From contig JBFLKU010000006.1 of assembly GCA_040883315.1 (NCBI GenBank), forward strand, positions 5,465 through 69,464: DNA of 64,000 nucleotides, written 5' to 3'. Source of the stretch: Eubacteriales bacterium. Lineage in GTDB: Bacteria; Bacillota; Clostridia; Christensenellales; UMGS416. A model generated the notes under the pieces. That model made no database searches, was not told where the DNA came from, and saw only the letters and a program-made list of their open reading frames with translations. Shown here piece after piece: positions 47,318 through 58,045 of this stretch. Both the position numbers and the translations under genes were made by a program. Position 1 is the stretch's first letter. Each line of letters starts with the position of its first letter.

Positions 47318-47678
47318 TTTATTAAGTGTTTTTAAGATTTGTGTTTATTTAGCAGTTGCAGTAATAATTTTTCTGAAGTATAGAAACAATATAGTTGGGA
47401 AACTATCGATATTGTGGCTAATTCTAAGAATATTCAGGATTCTTTCTTATTACGTATTCATATTTATGATTAAAAAAGATGTATTTATGCAGCTGACGCA
47501 ATCATTTAGAAAAGCTGCATATATTTTTAAGGTATATGATACGGTTTTGCTTTTATTGTTAGCGGCCATTTGCATAATTGTTATTGCTAAAGTGGAGAAA
47601 GAGAAGAAAAATGAGAAACTAAAAGAAAGAGAAGAAGCAATTTTAGCAGAAGCTAAAGAAAAAGGTATTATAAAATAG
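47310..47678 (+). CDS. Hypothetical membrane protein with a charged C-terminal tail (AT-rich)
   Basis: Overlaps the upstream ORF by 8 nt; three hydrophobic segments then an E/K-rich helix. Confidence 0.6.
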   Translation: MINLLSVFKICVYLAVAVIIFLKYRNNIVGKLSILWLILRIFRILSYYVFIFMIKKDVFMQLTQSFRKAAYIFKVYDTVLLLLLAAICIIVIAKVEKEKKNEKLKEREEAILAEAKEKGIIK

Positions 47679-47711
47679 ATTTTATCTTTAAAGTTATGTT
47701 ACAATAAGCAT

Positions 47712-48212
47712 ATGATAATACTAGGCATTGACCCGGGACTGGCCACAATTGGCTACGGCGTGATAGAAAAAGAAAACCAGAATATATCATTAATTGATTA
47801 TGGTATAATATCTACTCCTGCAAAAATGCCTCTGCCCAAAAGGCTGTCTATAATATACGAGGATATTCAGGAGATAATAAACACATTTAAGCCAGACAGC
47901 ATTGCATACGAAGAGCTGTTTTTCTATAGGAATGTGACCACTGCCATAGATGTGGGGCATGCCAGAGGAGTGTGCGTGATTGCTGGGCACAATGCCCTTG
48001 GCTCTGATAAGCTGTATGAATACACGCCCATGCAGGTGAAGCAGGCGGTTTGTGGATACGGCCATGCAGACAAAGTGCAGATACAGCAGATGGTGAAGAT
48101 ACTGCTTAATTTGAAGGACATACCAAAGCCCGATGATGCGGCGGATGCATTGGCAATAGCAATATGCCACGGGCAAAGCATCAGGCTGGGCGAAGGGTTT
48201 AAAATAAAATAG
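47712..48212 (+). CDS. ruvC: Crossover junction endodeoxyribonuclease RuvC
   Basis: ILGIDPG, EELFF..N, EYTP.QVK, PDDAADALAIA. Confidence 0.96.
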   Translation: MIILGIDPGLATIGYGVIEKENQNISLIDYGIISTPAKMPLPKRLSIIYEDIQEIINTFKPDSIAYEELFFYRNVTTAIDVGHARGVCVIAGHNALGSDKLYEYTPMQVKQAVCGYGHADKVQIQQMVKILLNLKDIPKPDDAADALAIAICHGQSIRLGEGFKIK

Positions 48213-48219
48213 GTGATAT

Positions 48220-48819
48220 ATGATTGATTATATTAAAGGTGAAATAGAAAGCAAAGATTCAGATATTCTGGTGGTAGAAAGTGCAAACATAGGCTATCAG
48301 CTGCATTGTTCCACGTCCACATTGGGGAGCATCGGCAAAAAGGGCGACAATGTGAAAGTATTTGTTCAGATGATAGTGCGTGAAGATTCCATGACATTGT
48401 ATGGCTTTATGACAAAGCAGGAGCGAGAGATGTTTAATAAAATAACCAGCGTATCAGGAATCGGAGCAAAGATAGCACTCAGTGTGCTATCCGCTATGAC
48501 TACAGCACAGCTGGCAATAGCACTGGTCACAGAGGACATCAGCACTATTACGAAGATAAAGGGAATTGGTGCAAAGACAGCAAAGCGAATGATACTGGAG
48601 CTGAAAGAAAAGGTAGACAACGACGAGCTGAGCGCATCGTTTGGCGGTGCTGCAGATGCTGTGAGAACGGAAGGCAGCATAGAAAACGAGGCGATATCCG
48701 CACTGATGGCACTTGGGTTTTCATCCATCGAGGCAAGCCGTGCTGTGGCATCTGTGCAGGATGAGCATGGCACAGTGGAGCAGCTGATAACAGCAGCACT
48801 TAGGACGAGAGGCGCATAG
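48220..48819 (+). CDS. ruvA: Holliday junction branch migration protein RuvA
   Basis: VREDS..LYGF, VSGIGAK.AL, GIGAKTAKR..LELK, EA..AL.ALGF. Confidence 0.96.
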   Translation: MIDYIKGEIESKDSDILVVESANIGYQLHCSTSTLGSIGKKGDNVKVFVQMIVREDSMTLYGFMTKQEREMFNKITSVSGIGAKIALSVLSAMTTAQLAIALVTEDISTITKIKGIGAKTAKRMILELKEKVDNDELSASFGGAADAVRTEGSIENEAISALMALGFSSIEASRAVASVQDEHGTVEQLITAALRTRGA

Positions 48820-48822
48820 CAG

Positions 48823-49854
48823 ATGATAGAAAACAGATATATGACACCGGAAAAAAGTGAAGAAGATATTGATATAGAGGTTAGCCTTCGTCCAAGTGTT
48901 ATGACGGAATACATAGGACAGGCAAAGGCAAAAAACCAGCTGGAGATATTTATCGGTGCTGCCAAAGAGAGAAAAGAATCCTTGGATCACGTTCTTCTAT
49001 ACGGCCCACCAGGGCTGGGCAAAACTACGCTTTCGAATATAATAGCAAATGAAATGGGTGTGCAGATACGTACGACATCAGGCCCTGCCATAGAGCGAAC
49101 CGGAGACTTAGCAGCTATTTTGACAAACCTTGGCGAAGGCGATGTGCTGTTTATTGACGAAATACACCGGCTGAATAATTCCATAGCAGAGATTCTATAC
49201 CCTGCCATGGAGGACTACAAGCTGGACATTATAATAGGGAAAGGACCTAGTGCCAGAAGCATACGACTGGATTTAAATAGGTTCACTCTGGTGGGGGCAA
49301 CTACCAGAGCAGGCATGCTGACATCGCCGCTCTATGATAGATTTGGCGTGATATGCAGGCTGGAAATGTACACTCCCGATGAGCTATCCACTATAATAAA
49401 AAGATCTGCAAAGATTCTGAGAACGCCTATATATGAAGAGGGTGCAATGGAGATAGCGCTGCGCAGCAGGGGCACACCGCGTATTGCCAATAGGCTGCTA
49501 AAGCGGGTGAGAGACTTTGCGCAGGTGAAAGCCGACGGCACAATTACAAAGGACGTGGCGTCTGCAGGGCTGGACATGCTGGAGGTGGACAGGCTGGGGC
49601 TTGATAACGTGGACAGAAACATACTCCATGCCATCATCAAAAAATTCGGCGGCGGTCCAGTGGGGCTGGATACATTGGCGGCGGCAACAGGCGAAGAAAA
49701 CATAACCATAGAGGACGTGTATGAGCCGTATTTGCTGCAGCTTGGGTTCATCAGCAGAACGCCAAGAGGCAGGGTGGCTATGCCTGCGGCATACGAGCAC
49801 CTAGGCATAAAACAAAATGAGAATAAGGATAAACAGTTAAGCTTTTTAAAATGA
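48823..49854 (+). CDS. ruvB: Holliday junction branch migration helicase RuvB
   Basis: [41 protein letters not shown]. Confidence 0.98.
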   Translation: MIENRYMTPEKSEEDIDIEVSLRPSVMTEYIGQAKAKNQLEIFIGAAKERKESLDHVLLYGPPGLGKTTLSNIIANEMGVQIRTTSGPAIERTGDLAAILTNLGEGDVLFIDEIHRLNNSIAEILYPAMEDYKLDIIIGKGPSARSIRLDLNRFTLVGATTRAGMLTSPLYDRFGVICRLEMYTPDELSTIIKRSAKILRTPIYEEGAMEIALRSRGTPRIANRLLKRVRDFAQVKADGTITKDVASAGLDMLEVDRLGLDNVDRNILHAIIKKFGGGPVGLDTLAAATGEENITIEDVYEPYLLQLGFISRTPRGRVAMPAAYEHLGIKQNENKDKQLSFLK

Positions 49855-50882
49855 AAACAGAAGACTTTAAATATAATCTGCCGGAGAAGCTGATAGCACA
49901 AACCCCCCTGAAGGAAAGAGCGACTAGCCGTCTGCTGGTGCTGGACAAGGAAACAGGCAAAACAGAGCACAAGCACTTTACAGATATAATAGAATATCTG
50001 AAAGAAGGCGACGTGCTGGTGCTGAATGAAACCAAGGTGCTGCCGGCTAGGATATTCGGCAAAAATGCAGAGACAGACGGCAATATGGAGCTGCTGCTGC
50101 TGGAGCGACTGGAGGGGCAGGAGCGCACATGGGAGGTGCTTTGCCGCCCGGCGAAGAGAGCAAAAATAGGCAGGAAATTCATATTCGGTGACAACCTGAT
50201 GACAGGCGAGATAGTAGCAGAATTCGACGAGGGAATACGCCACATAAAGCTCGAATACGAGGGCATACTGGAAGAGGTGCTGGACGAGATAGGCACTATG
50301 CCGCTGCCACCGTATATCCATGAAACGCTGGAAGAGCAGGACAGATATCAAACAGTATATGCCAAAACCACAGGCTCTGCAGCAGCCCCCACAGCAGGGC
50401 TGCATTTTACGGATGAGCTGCTGGCAAAGATAATGGACAAGGGCATAAAAATAGTGAAGGTAACGCTGCACGTGGGGCTGGGGACATTTCGCCCGGTGAA
50501 GGTGGAGAACGTGCTGGAGCATAAGATGCACTCGGAATACTACCACGTATCAAAGGACGCAGCAGATGCCATAAACACAGCAAAGCGAGCAGGCGGCAAA
50601 GTAGTGTGCACAGGTACCACATCAGTGCGCACGCTGGAGACTGTGACCGATGAAAGCGGCGTGGTGCATGCAGGCAGCGGGCACACAGACATATTTATAT
50701 ACCCCGGCTACAAATTTAAAATAGTGGATAATCTGATAACGAATTTTCATCTGCCGGAGAGCACTCTGATAATGCTGGTGTCGGCACTGGCGGGCAAAGA
50801 AAACGTGCTGCGGGCATATGAGGAAGCCGTGGAGGAAAAGTATAGATTTTTCAGCTTCGGTGATGCCATGTATATTAAATAA
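49851..50882 (+). CDS. queA: S-adenosylmethionine:tRNA ribosyltransferase-isomerase
   Basis: [53 protein letters not shown]. Confidence 0.98.
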   Translation: MKTEDFKYNLPEKLIAQTPLKERATSRLLVLDKETGKTEHKHFTDIIEYLKEGDVLVLNETKVLPARIFGKNAETDGNMELLLLERLEGQERTWEVLCRPAKRAKIGRKFIFGDNLMTGEIVAEFDEGIRHIKLEYEGILEEVLDEIGTMPLPPYIHETLEEQDRYQTVYAKTTGSAAAPTAGLHFTDELLAKIMDKGIKIVKVTLHVGLGTFRPVKVENVLEHKMHSEYYHVSKDAADAINTAKRAGGKVVCTGTTSVRTLETVTDESGVVHAGSGHTDIFIYPGYKFKIVDNLITNFHLPESTLIMLVSALAGKENVLRAYEEAVEEKYRFFSFGDAMYIK

Positions 50883-50974
50883 ATTAAAAATTTATTATAC
50901 GACACAATTATAAAAGCAAGACATTTATGGCGGCACATTGTGGCACAAGTATTTTTGAAAAAATGCTTTGATAA

Positions 50975-52126
<1,152 letters not shown>

Positions 52127-52146
52127 GACATTTGGGTTTATCAGGC

Positions 52147-52175
52147 TTGAAAAATGCCCTGTATTGTTGTATGAT
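52147..52175 (+). promoter_or_regulatory. Sigma-A promoter of yajC
   Basis: TTGAAA-17 nt-TATGAT. Confidence 0.6.
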
Positions 52176-52231
52176 ATCTTAATAGCGAAAAGCGTAAAAA
52201 AATACATTTATATAAGAGAAAGGTGAATGAT

Positions 52232-52558
52232 ATGATAGCATCAATAGCACTAGACGCAACTGCAGCACCAGGAACAAATCCAATAGTTAGCATTTTGTTG
52301 TTTGGCGGTTTCTTTGCAGTAATGTGGTTTATTATGATAAGACCTCAAAAGAAGCAGCAAAAACTAAGACAGCAAATGCTGGACAACCTACAAGTGGGTG
52401 ACAGAGTGACCACAATCGGCCGTTTCTACGGCACAGTAACAAAAATTAAGGACGATATTATCACAGTGAAAATCGGCCCTAATGACACAGAGCTTATGAT
52501 TGAAAAGCGCGGCATTGACTCAGTTAATGAGGAAGTGGACGCTGAGAGCATGCTTTAA
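52232..52558 (+). CDS. yajC: Preprotein translocase subunit YajC
   Basis: One TM then IRPQKK, L..GD.V.TIG..G; follows tgt; start may be 52223 (GTG) or 52232 (ATG). Confidence 0.92.
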   Translation: MIASIALDATAAPGTNPIVSILLFGGFFAVMWFIMIRPQKKQQKLRQQMLDNLQVGDRVTTIGRFYGTVTKIKDDIITVKIGPNDTELMIEKRGIDSVNEEVDAESML

Positions 52559-52578
52559 TTAATTAAACAAAAGAAATT

Positions 52579-52608
52579 AAAGGACTATCCGAAAGGGTGG
52601 TCTTTTTT
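52579..52608 (+). terminator. Intrinsic terminator after yajC
   Basis: AGGACTATCC-GAAA-GGGTGGTCTT stem with a GNRA loop and T-tract. Confidence 0.85.
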
Positions 52609-52689
52609 CGATATATGATATTTAATCATGATTGGCAAAAATGTTTTTAAGTTAACTTTTGAATATAAAACTTTAATTGGAGAATGCAT

Positions 52690-53913
52690 ATGACCTTAAT
52701 TGTAGCAAGACTAATTGATGATAAAATAATTATTGTGGGTGATTCTAAAAGAATATATTCACATAAATGTATAGAGCATTATGATCAAAATCAGCTAACA
52801 AAGGGTATTATAAAATCAATAATTTTATCTGATTATATTTGTTTGAACTTCGCAGGTAATATAAAATATTTGGAACGTGCAATAGCAGAAATAAACGCAA
52901 ATCAAATTATTGAAGATATAGTAAAAATATTAGAGAAAGTTAGTTATAATGCTATTAGCAAAAATGAAGAAGCACAATTTATTTTAGCTTACTACGATGG
53001 GGAATGTAAGCTATTAGAAATAAAGCACAATGAAACAAACAAAATTAGTGCTGGCTGGGTAGGTGACTATGAAGGGTTTAGAAAATTCCAAGAGGCATCA
53101 CTTTTAAATATAAATGTACAATCAGATGGTACGGATTGTTATATAAAACTGCGCAGACTTCCAGATGATTTTACAGATAAACAGTGCGATTTATATAGCA
53201 AGATGATCGAAAGCATGTCAACAGTAATAGATGAAGATTGTGTGGATAAGGTGGGTGGATTTGTTATACCAGTAATTTTTTCCGAAGGGAAATTCAAGTA
53301 TACAAGTTATTTAAATATTTTTAGAGGACCGATAAAGGAAAATGAAATGGGTGAGAATATTAAATTTACCACTAACGAAGACGGGGGGTTCAGTGCCAAT
53401 TTAGCTTCATCAATTGATAATAATATAGCAGTGTATATGTTCCAAGGTAAATTGGGTATAGTTTTTTGTAGAGAAATTAATGGGCTAATGTTACCTACTA
53501 TTTATAATAACATTGATGAACTAGATTTTTTCTATATAGCATTTACAAAGTATAATATTGAACCAACCTGTTTGTTGTTTTCGAGTGTTAGCAGCTATAT
53601 AAAGAAGGCAGAATCAAATTTTAATATTAATGAAGATAAAACATCTTATTTTCTTGAAAAAGCAATAAAAATGGCTGAAAAAGAATTTGAGAAAAAACAT
53701 GGACAAATTGTAAGTGAAGATATGCTACAAGAATATTGCTCAAAACTCAACAAAATTGATAGAGAAAACTACTCGAAGTGTTATTATAATTTAGGAGTTT
53801 CTCAAAGTAAATTAGGGAAAAAAGAGGATGCTATTAATTCCATTAATAAATCTTTAAAAATAAATCCAGATTTCGAGCAAGCAAAACGAATGTTGTTTAT
53901 TCTATCTAATTAG
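52690..53913 (+). CDS. Orphan AT-rich protein: proteasome-beta/HslV-like Ntn-hydrolase domain + C-terminal TPR
   Basis: Start ATG 52690 is 7 nt after GGAG and gives M-T; Thr1, Asp17, Lys-x13-Gly(AG), VGD, VGG; C-terminal YYNLGV.....G..E.A.....KSL.INP.F..A. Confidence 0.65.
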   Translation: MTLIVARLIDDKIIIVGDSKRIYSHKCIEHYDQNQLTKGIIKSIILSDYICLNFAGNIKYLERAIAEINANQIIEDIVKILEKVSYNAISKNEEAQFILAYYDGECKLLEIKHNETNKISAGWVGDYEGFRKFQEASLLNINVQSDGTDCYIKLRRLPDDFTDKQCDLYSKMIESMSTVIDEDCVDKVGGFVIPVIFSEGKFKYTSYLNIFRGPIKENEMGENIKFTTNEDGGFSANLASSIDNNIAVYMFQGKLGIVFCREINGLMLPTIYNNIDELDFFYIAFTKYNIEPTCLLFSSVSSYIKKAESNFNINEDKTSYFLEKAIKMAEKEFEKKHGQIVSEDMLQEYCSKLNKIDRENYSKCYYNLGVSQSKLGKKEDAINSINKSLKINPDFEQAKRMLFILSN

Positions 53914-53959
53914 ATTATTATACAATTTAGTATCATAAAATAAGATAGTTAAAAACCAG

Positions 53960-53987
53960 TTGAAATAATCCCAATCTACTCTATAAT
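53960..53987 (+). promoter_or_regulatory. Sigma-A promoter of gltX
   Basis: TTGAAA-16 nt-TATAAT. Confidence 0.55.
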
Positions 53988-54016
53988 ATATATGAGGTTT
54001 ACAAACGAAAGGATTT

Positions 54017-55663
54017 ATGATGGATTATAACAAATTAGCGGACTTATTATTTCCGAATATAAAAGAAACACCCGAAGATTATGAAAAAAAATACCCAGCC
54101 AGAGATTTGCCTGCTGGCGCAATGGTGACACGACTGGCACCCAGCCCAACAGGGTTTATTCACCTAGGCAATCTATTTGGTGCAGTGGTGGACGAGAGGC
54201 TGGCAACCCAAAGCGGCGGTGTATTTATCCTGCGCATAGAGGACACGGACGCCAAAAGAGAGGTGGAGGGTGCTGTGGAGCTGACCATCGACACCATGAA
54301 GCACTTTAACATAGAATTTGACGAAGGGGCAACAGCCGATGGCGAAACCGGCGACTATGGCCCATACAGGCAAAGACAGAGGAAAGACATCTATCAGGCA
54401 TTTGCAAAGTATCTGGTGCAAAGAGGATGTGCATACCCATGCTTCTGCACAGAAAGCGAGCTGGAGCAAATACGCGAAAAGCAGAAGGAAGCCAAGCTGG
54501 ATTTTGGCTACTATGGACAGTGGGCAAAACATAGAAATGCATCACTGGAAGATATAGAAAAAGAGCTGGCAGCAGGCACGGAATATGTTCTTCGCTTCAA
54601 AAGCGAGGGCGTGGCAGGCAAATATGTGAAGGTAGCAGACGGCATAAGGGGCGAGATAGAAGTGCCGGAGAATATTCAGGATATCGTTTTGCTGAAATCC
54701 GACGGAATACCCACCTATCACTTTGCTCATGCAGTGGACGACCACCTGATGAGGGTGACCCACGTGGTGCGTGCGGAGGAGTGGATGTCCACTCTGCCGA
54801 TACACGTGCAGCTATTTGACACACTGGGCTTTGAAAGGCCTATATACTGCCACACAGCACAGCTGATGAAGGTGGACAACGGCAACAAGAGAAAGCTATC
54901 CAAGCGCAAGGACCCGGAGCTGGGGCTTGATTATTACAGGAGCATAGGCTACACAGTGGATGCCGTGTGGGAATATCTGCTGACTATTCTTAATTCCAAC
55001 TATGAGGCATGGAGAGACAAGAACCCGGATGCAGACAGACGCGATTTTAAATTCACGCTGGATAAGATGACAAAATCCGGTACGCTTTTTGACATAATGA
55101 AGCTGAACAACATCAGCAAGGATGCCATAGCCAAAATGACAGCAGAGCAGGTATACGATGGGCTTTTGGGCTGGGCAAAAGAATACGACGAAGAATTTTG
55201 CGATATCATATCCAATGCACAGGCAAAGACAACAGCTATACTGAACATGGGCAGAAATGCCAAAAAGCCGCGTAAGGATATCGTCACATGGAGCCAGTGC
55301 AAGGAGTTTATCAAATATTTCTACAATGAATACTTTGAGGTGGAGGATGAATATCCGGATATCCCTGCGGAGAATATCAAAAAGATACTGGTGGATTATG
55401 TGGCATCCTATAGCCATACTGACGAGAAGAACGACTGGTTTGAAAAGGTGAAGGTGATAACAGAGAGCCTGGGCTACGCCACCAACACCAAGGAATACAA
55501 GCTAGACCCGGATAAATTCGGCGGCAGCATAATTGAGGTGACCACCATCATCAGGATAGCCCTGACAGGCAAGGCAAACGCACCGGACATATGGGAAATA
55601 CAGCAGATACTGGGCGAAGAAGACACCATAGGGCGCATGAACAACGCAATAAAAAAACTATAA
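54017..55663 (+). CDS. gltX: Glutamate--tRNA ligase (long clostridial type)
   Basis: RLAPSPTGFIHLG, LRIEDTD, PTYHFAHAVDDHLM, KLSKR. Confidence 0.95.
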   Translation: MMDYNKLADLLFPNIKETPEDYEKKYPARDLPAGAMVTRLAPSPTGFIHLGNLFGAVVDERLATQSGGVFILRIEDTDAKREVEGAVELTIDTMKHFNIEFDEGATADGETGDYGPYRQRQRKDIYQAFAKYLVQRGCAYPCFCTESELEQIREKQKEAKLDFGYYGQWAKHRNASLEDIEKELAAGTEYVLRFKSEGVAGKYVKVADGIRGEIEVPENIQDIVLLKSDGIPTYHFAHAVDDHLMRVTHVVRAEEWMSTLPIHVQLFDTLGFERPIYCHTAQLMKVDNGNKRKLSKRKDPELGLDYYRSIGYTVDAVWEYLLTILNSNYEAWRDKNPDADRRDFKFTLDKMTKSGTLFDIMKLNNISKDAIAKMTAEQVYDGLLGWAKEYDEEFCDIISNAQAKTTAILNMGRNAKKPRKDIVTWSQCKEFIKYFYNEYFEVEDEYPDIPAENIKKILVDYVASYSHTDEKNDWFEKVKVITESLGYATNTKEYKLDPDKFGGSIIEVTTIIRIALTGKANAPDIWEIQQILGEEDTIGRMNNAIKKL

Positions 55664-55668
55664 AATAC

Positions 55669-55700
55669 AGGCTGGCGGCAGATGTGCTGCCAGTCTTTCT
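55669..55700 (+). terminator. Intrinsic terminator after gltX
   Basis: AGGCTGGCGGCA-gatg-TGCTGCCAGTCT plus TTCT. Confidence 0.75.
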
Positions 55701-55806
55701 GGTTTTTTGACGTTTTGTAATTAAATTTGTATAATACAATCCGGTGCAGTATACAAAACAAAAATAATATATATAATTAATATATAAAATAAGTAAGGAG
55801 TAGATT

Positions 55807-56724
55807 ATGGAGATACAATTAAACGGCATAGTAAAAAGATTTGGCGAAAAGACAGCCGTAGACAATGTATCATTCACTGCTAAGGGAGGGCAGGCTTTCG
55901 GACTTCTGGGCAGGAATGGAGCAGGCAAGACCACAACCATGCGAATGATAATGGACGTTTTTAAATCCGATGAGGGCAGCATTACAATAGACAATGCAAA
56001 AATAGACAGAAAAAAAGTGCGCTTTGGATATCTTCCGGAGGAGCGTGGGCTTTATCCGAAGAAAAAGATAAAAGATCAGCTTTTGTATTTGGCTGAGCTA
56101 AATGACATGAACAGGAAAGATGCAATTGTCTCTATAGAGCACTGGCTGGAAAAGCTGGACATGAAGCAGCATATAGACAAAAAGCTGGATACGCTATCTA
56201 AAGGAAATCAGCAGAAAATACAGCTGGCATCAGTTTTGATGATAAATCCTGATATTATTATTTTAGATGAGCCTTTTTCAGGGCTAGATCCTGTTAATGC
56301 ATCTGTGCTGCAGGACATTGTGGACGAGCAGATAAAGCTGGGCAAGATAGTCATTTTCTCCAGCCATCAGATGAATAATATTGAGGAAGTGTGCGACGAT
56401 ATCATCATTTTAGATGAAGGCAAGGCTGCACTTGCTGGCAATTTGCAGGAGATAAAAAACTCTTACCCAAAAACACATATAAATATAACGGGTAAAGACA
56501 TAGGCAAGATAAAAGTGGATATCGAGAAAAAGCTGACGTCATTTGTGCGAGATATTGTAATGGATGAATATGAGCTGGATATACACCTGAAAAGCGAAAA
56601 GGGCAGAGACGAAATACTGGATATTATATCTGCCAACAGTTACGAGATAGATAGCTTCAGCGTGGTGAAGCCCACATTAAATGAGATATTTATAAAAGCT
56701 ACAAAGAGGGGAGAAGACAAATGA
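55807..56724 (+). CDS. ABC transporter ATP-binding protein (YhaQ/NatA-like)
   Basis: GRNGAGKTT, GYLPEERGLYP, LSKGNQQK, LDEPFSGLDPVN, SSH. Confidence 0.92.
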   Translation: MEIQLNGIVKRFGEKTAVDNVSFTAKGGQAFGLLGRNGAGKTTTMRMIMDVFKSDEGSITIDNAKIDRKKVRFGYLPEERGLYPKKKIKDQLLYLAELNDMNRKDAIVSIEHWLEKLDMKQHIDKKLDTLSKGNQQKIQLASVLMINPDIIILDEPFSGLDPVNASVLQDIVDEQIKLGKIVIFSSHQMNNIEEVCDDIIILDEGKAALAGNLQEIKNSYPKTHINITGKDIGKIKVDIEKKLTSFVRDIVMDEYELDIHLKSEKGRDEILDIISANSYEIDSFSVVKPTLNEIFIKATKRGEDK

Positions 56725-57974
56725 AAAAATTCTTTACAGTATTCAAGTTTGAGTTTTCAAACCTTGTAAAAAGCAAGCCGTTTATAATACTATCTATACT
56801 GGTTGTTGTGGGAATGGGCATCGCAATGTCATACCCAAGAATAAGCCAGATGATAGATGATGCAAAAGGCGATGATGTGCCTGTAGATGCAGCGATGACT
56901 ATGGCCTTGATAAATGAATCAGTTTATGATGACGACATAATAACAGGCATGTTTGCGTCTGCTATGCCGGACTATGAAATCCACAAAGAAACAGGAAGCA
57001 TAGACGATGCAAAGCAAATGATAAAGGATGAGCTATATGGATATGTACTGTATCTGGAAGGCGAAAATGACTATACACTGGTCACAGAGTCTATAGGACT
57101 AGAGAGCAGCATAACATACAGAGTGGACGGCATATTGCTGGACAACTACAAAGCCTATCTTTTGGCACAGCAGGGGCTAGAGCCCGATACAGCAAGCCAA
57201 ATACTGAAGGCATCAATGAATGCAGATGTATTTGAAACAGGAAAAAATCAATCAGAATCGTTTTTATACACCTATATACTGCTGTTTTTCCTATATATGA
57301 TAATAATAATATACGGACAGATGGTGGCAACCAGCGTGGCAACAGAAAAAAGCAGCCGTGCTATGGAAGTGCTTGTAACCACTATAGACCCTGTGCGCAT
57401 GATGTTCGGCAAGGTGCTAGGCATTGGTGCAGCAGCTCTTTGCCAGGTAGCTGTGGTGGTGGCATCCGGTGCATTCTTTTTTAATCTAAATCAGGATTAT
57501 TTAGGAGGCAAGGAGATAATCGGAACACTATTTAATATACCAACAGAAACGCTTGTTATTTCATTAATACTGATAGTGCTAGGATTTTTTGTATATGCAT
57601 TCCTGTATGCAGCAGTTGGCTCTCTGGTAAGCAGAATAGAGGATGTCAGCTCTGGAGTATTGCCTATAACATTCATATCTATCGGTGCATTTATGGCAGT
57701 TATGTTTTCTATGACATCAGGTAATCTAGACAGTGTGCTGATGAAGATATTCACGTATTTCCCGCTCACCTCGCCGTATGCTCTGCTGGTAAGGATGTCT
57801 ATGACGGATGTTGGACTGCTGGAGGGCGTGGGAGCTATAGCACTGCTATTGGTCACCTGCATAATAATCGGATATATAGCAGCCATGATATACAAGCTGG
57901 GCGTGCTGATGTATGGCAAGCCTCCAAAACTAAAAGAAGTATTTAAACTTCTGAAAACAAACAAAAAAGCATAG
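56721..57974 (+). CDS. ABC-2 permease (YhaP/NatB-like)
   Basis: N-terminal TM, large external domain, SVATEKSSRAMEVL, GKVLG, G.LMYGK.P. Confidence 0.9.
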   Translation: MKKFFTVFKFEFSNLVKSKPFIILSILVVVGMGIAMSYPRISQMIDDAKGDDVPVDAAMTMALINESVYDDDIITGMFASAMPDYEIHKETGSIDDAKQMIKDELYGYVLYLEGENDYTLVTESIGLESSITYRVDGILLDNYKAYLLAQQGLEPDTASQILKASMNADVFETGKNQSESFLYTYILLFFLYMIIIIYGQMVATSVATEKSSRAMEVLVTTIDPVRMMFGKVLGIGAAALCQVAVVVASGAFFFNLNQDYLGGKEIIGTLFNIPTETLVISLILIVLGFFVYAFLYAAVGSLVSRIEDVSSGVLPITFISIGAFMAVMFSMTSGNLDSVLMKIFTYFPLTSPYALLVRMSMTDVGLLEGVGAIALLLVTCIIIGYIAAMIYKLGVLMYGKPPKLKEVFKLLKTNKKA

Positions 57975-57981
57975 AATAAAG

Positions 57982-58019
57982 CAACCTCTTTATAGTATAA
58001 TAAAGGGGTTGATTTTTTT
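57982..58019 (+). terminator. Inverted repeat with T-tract after the permease (terminator or operator)
   Basis: CAACCTCTTTAT-agtata-ATAAAGGGGTTG then ATTTTTTT. Confidence 0.6.
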
Positions 58020-58045
58020 ATATCGGCAGAAGGTGATGAAGAAAG

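Noticed and set aside
49332-50546. 404-aa antisense ORF over ruvB/queA, and similar shadow ORFs at 27254-28063, 39301-40113 and 30514-31131
   Set aside because: They lie wholly opposite well-conserved genes, show no recognisable motifs, and are explained by codon bias that leaves few antisense stops
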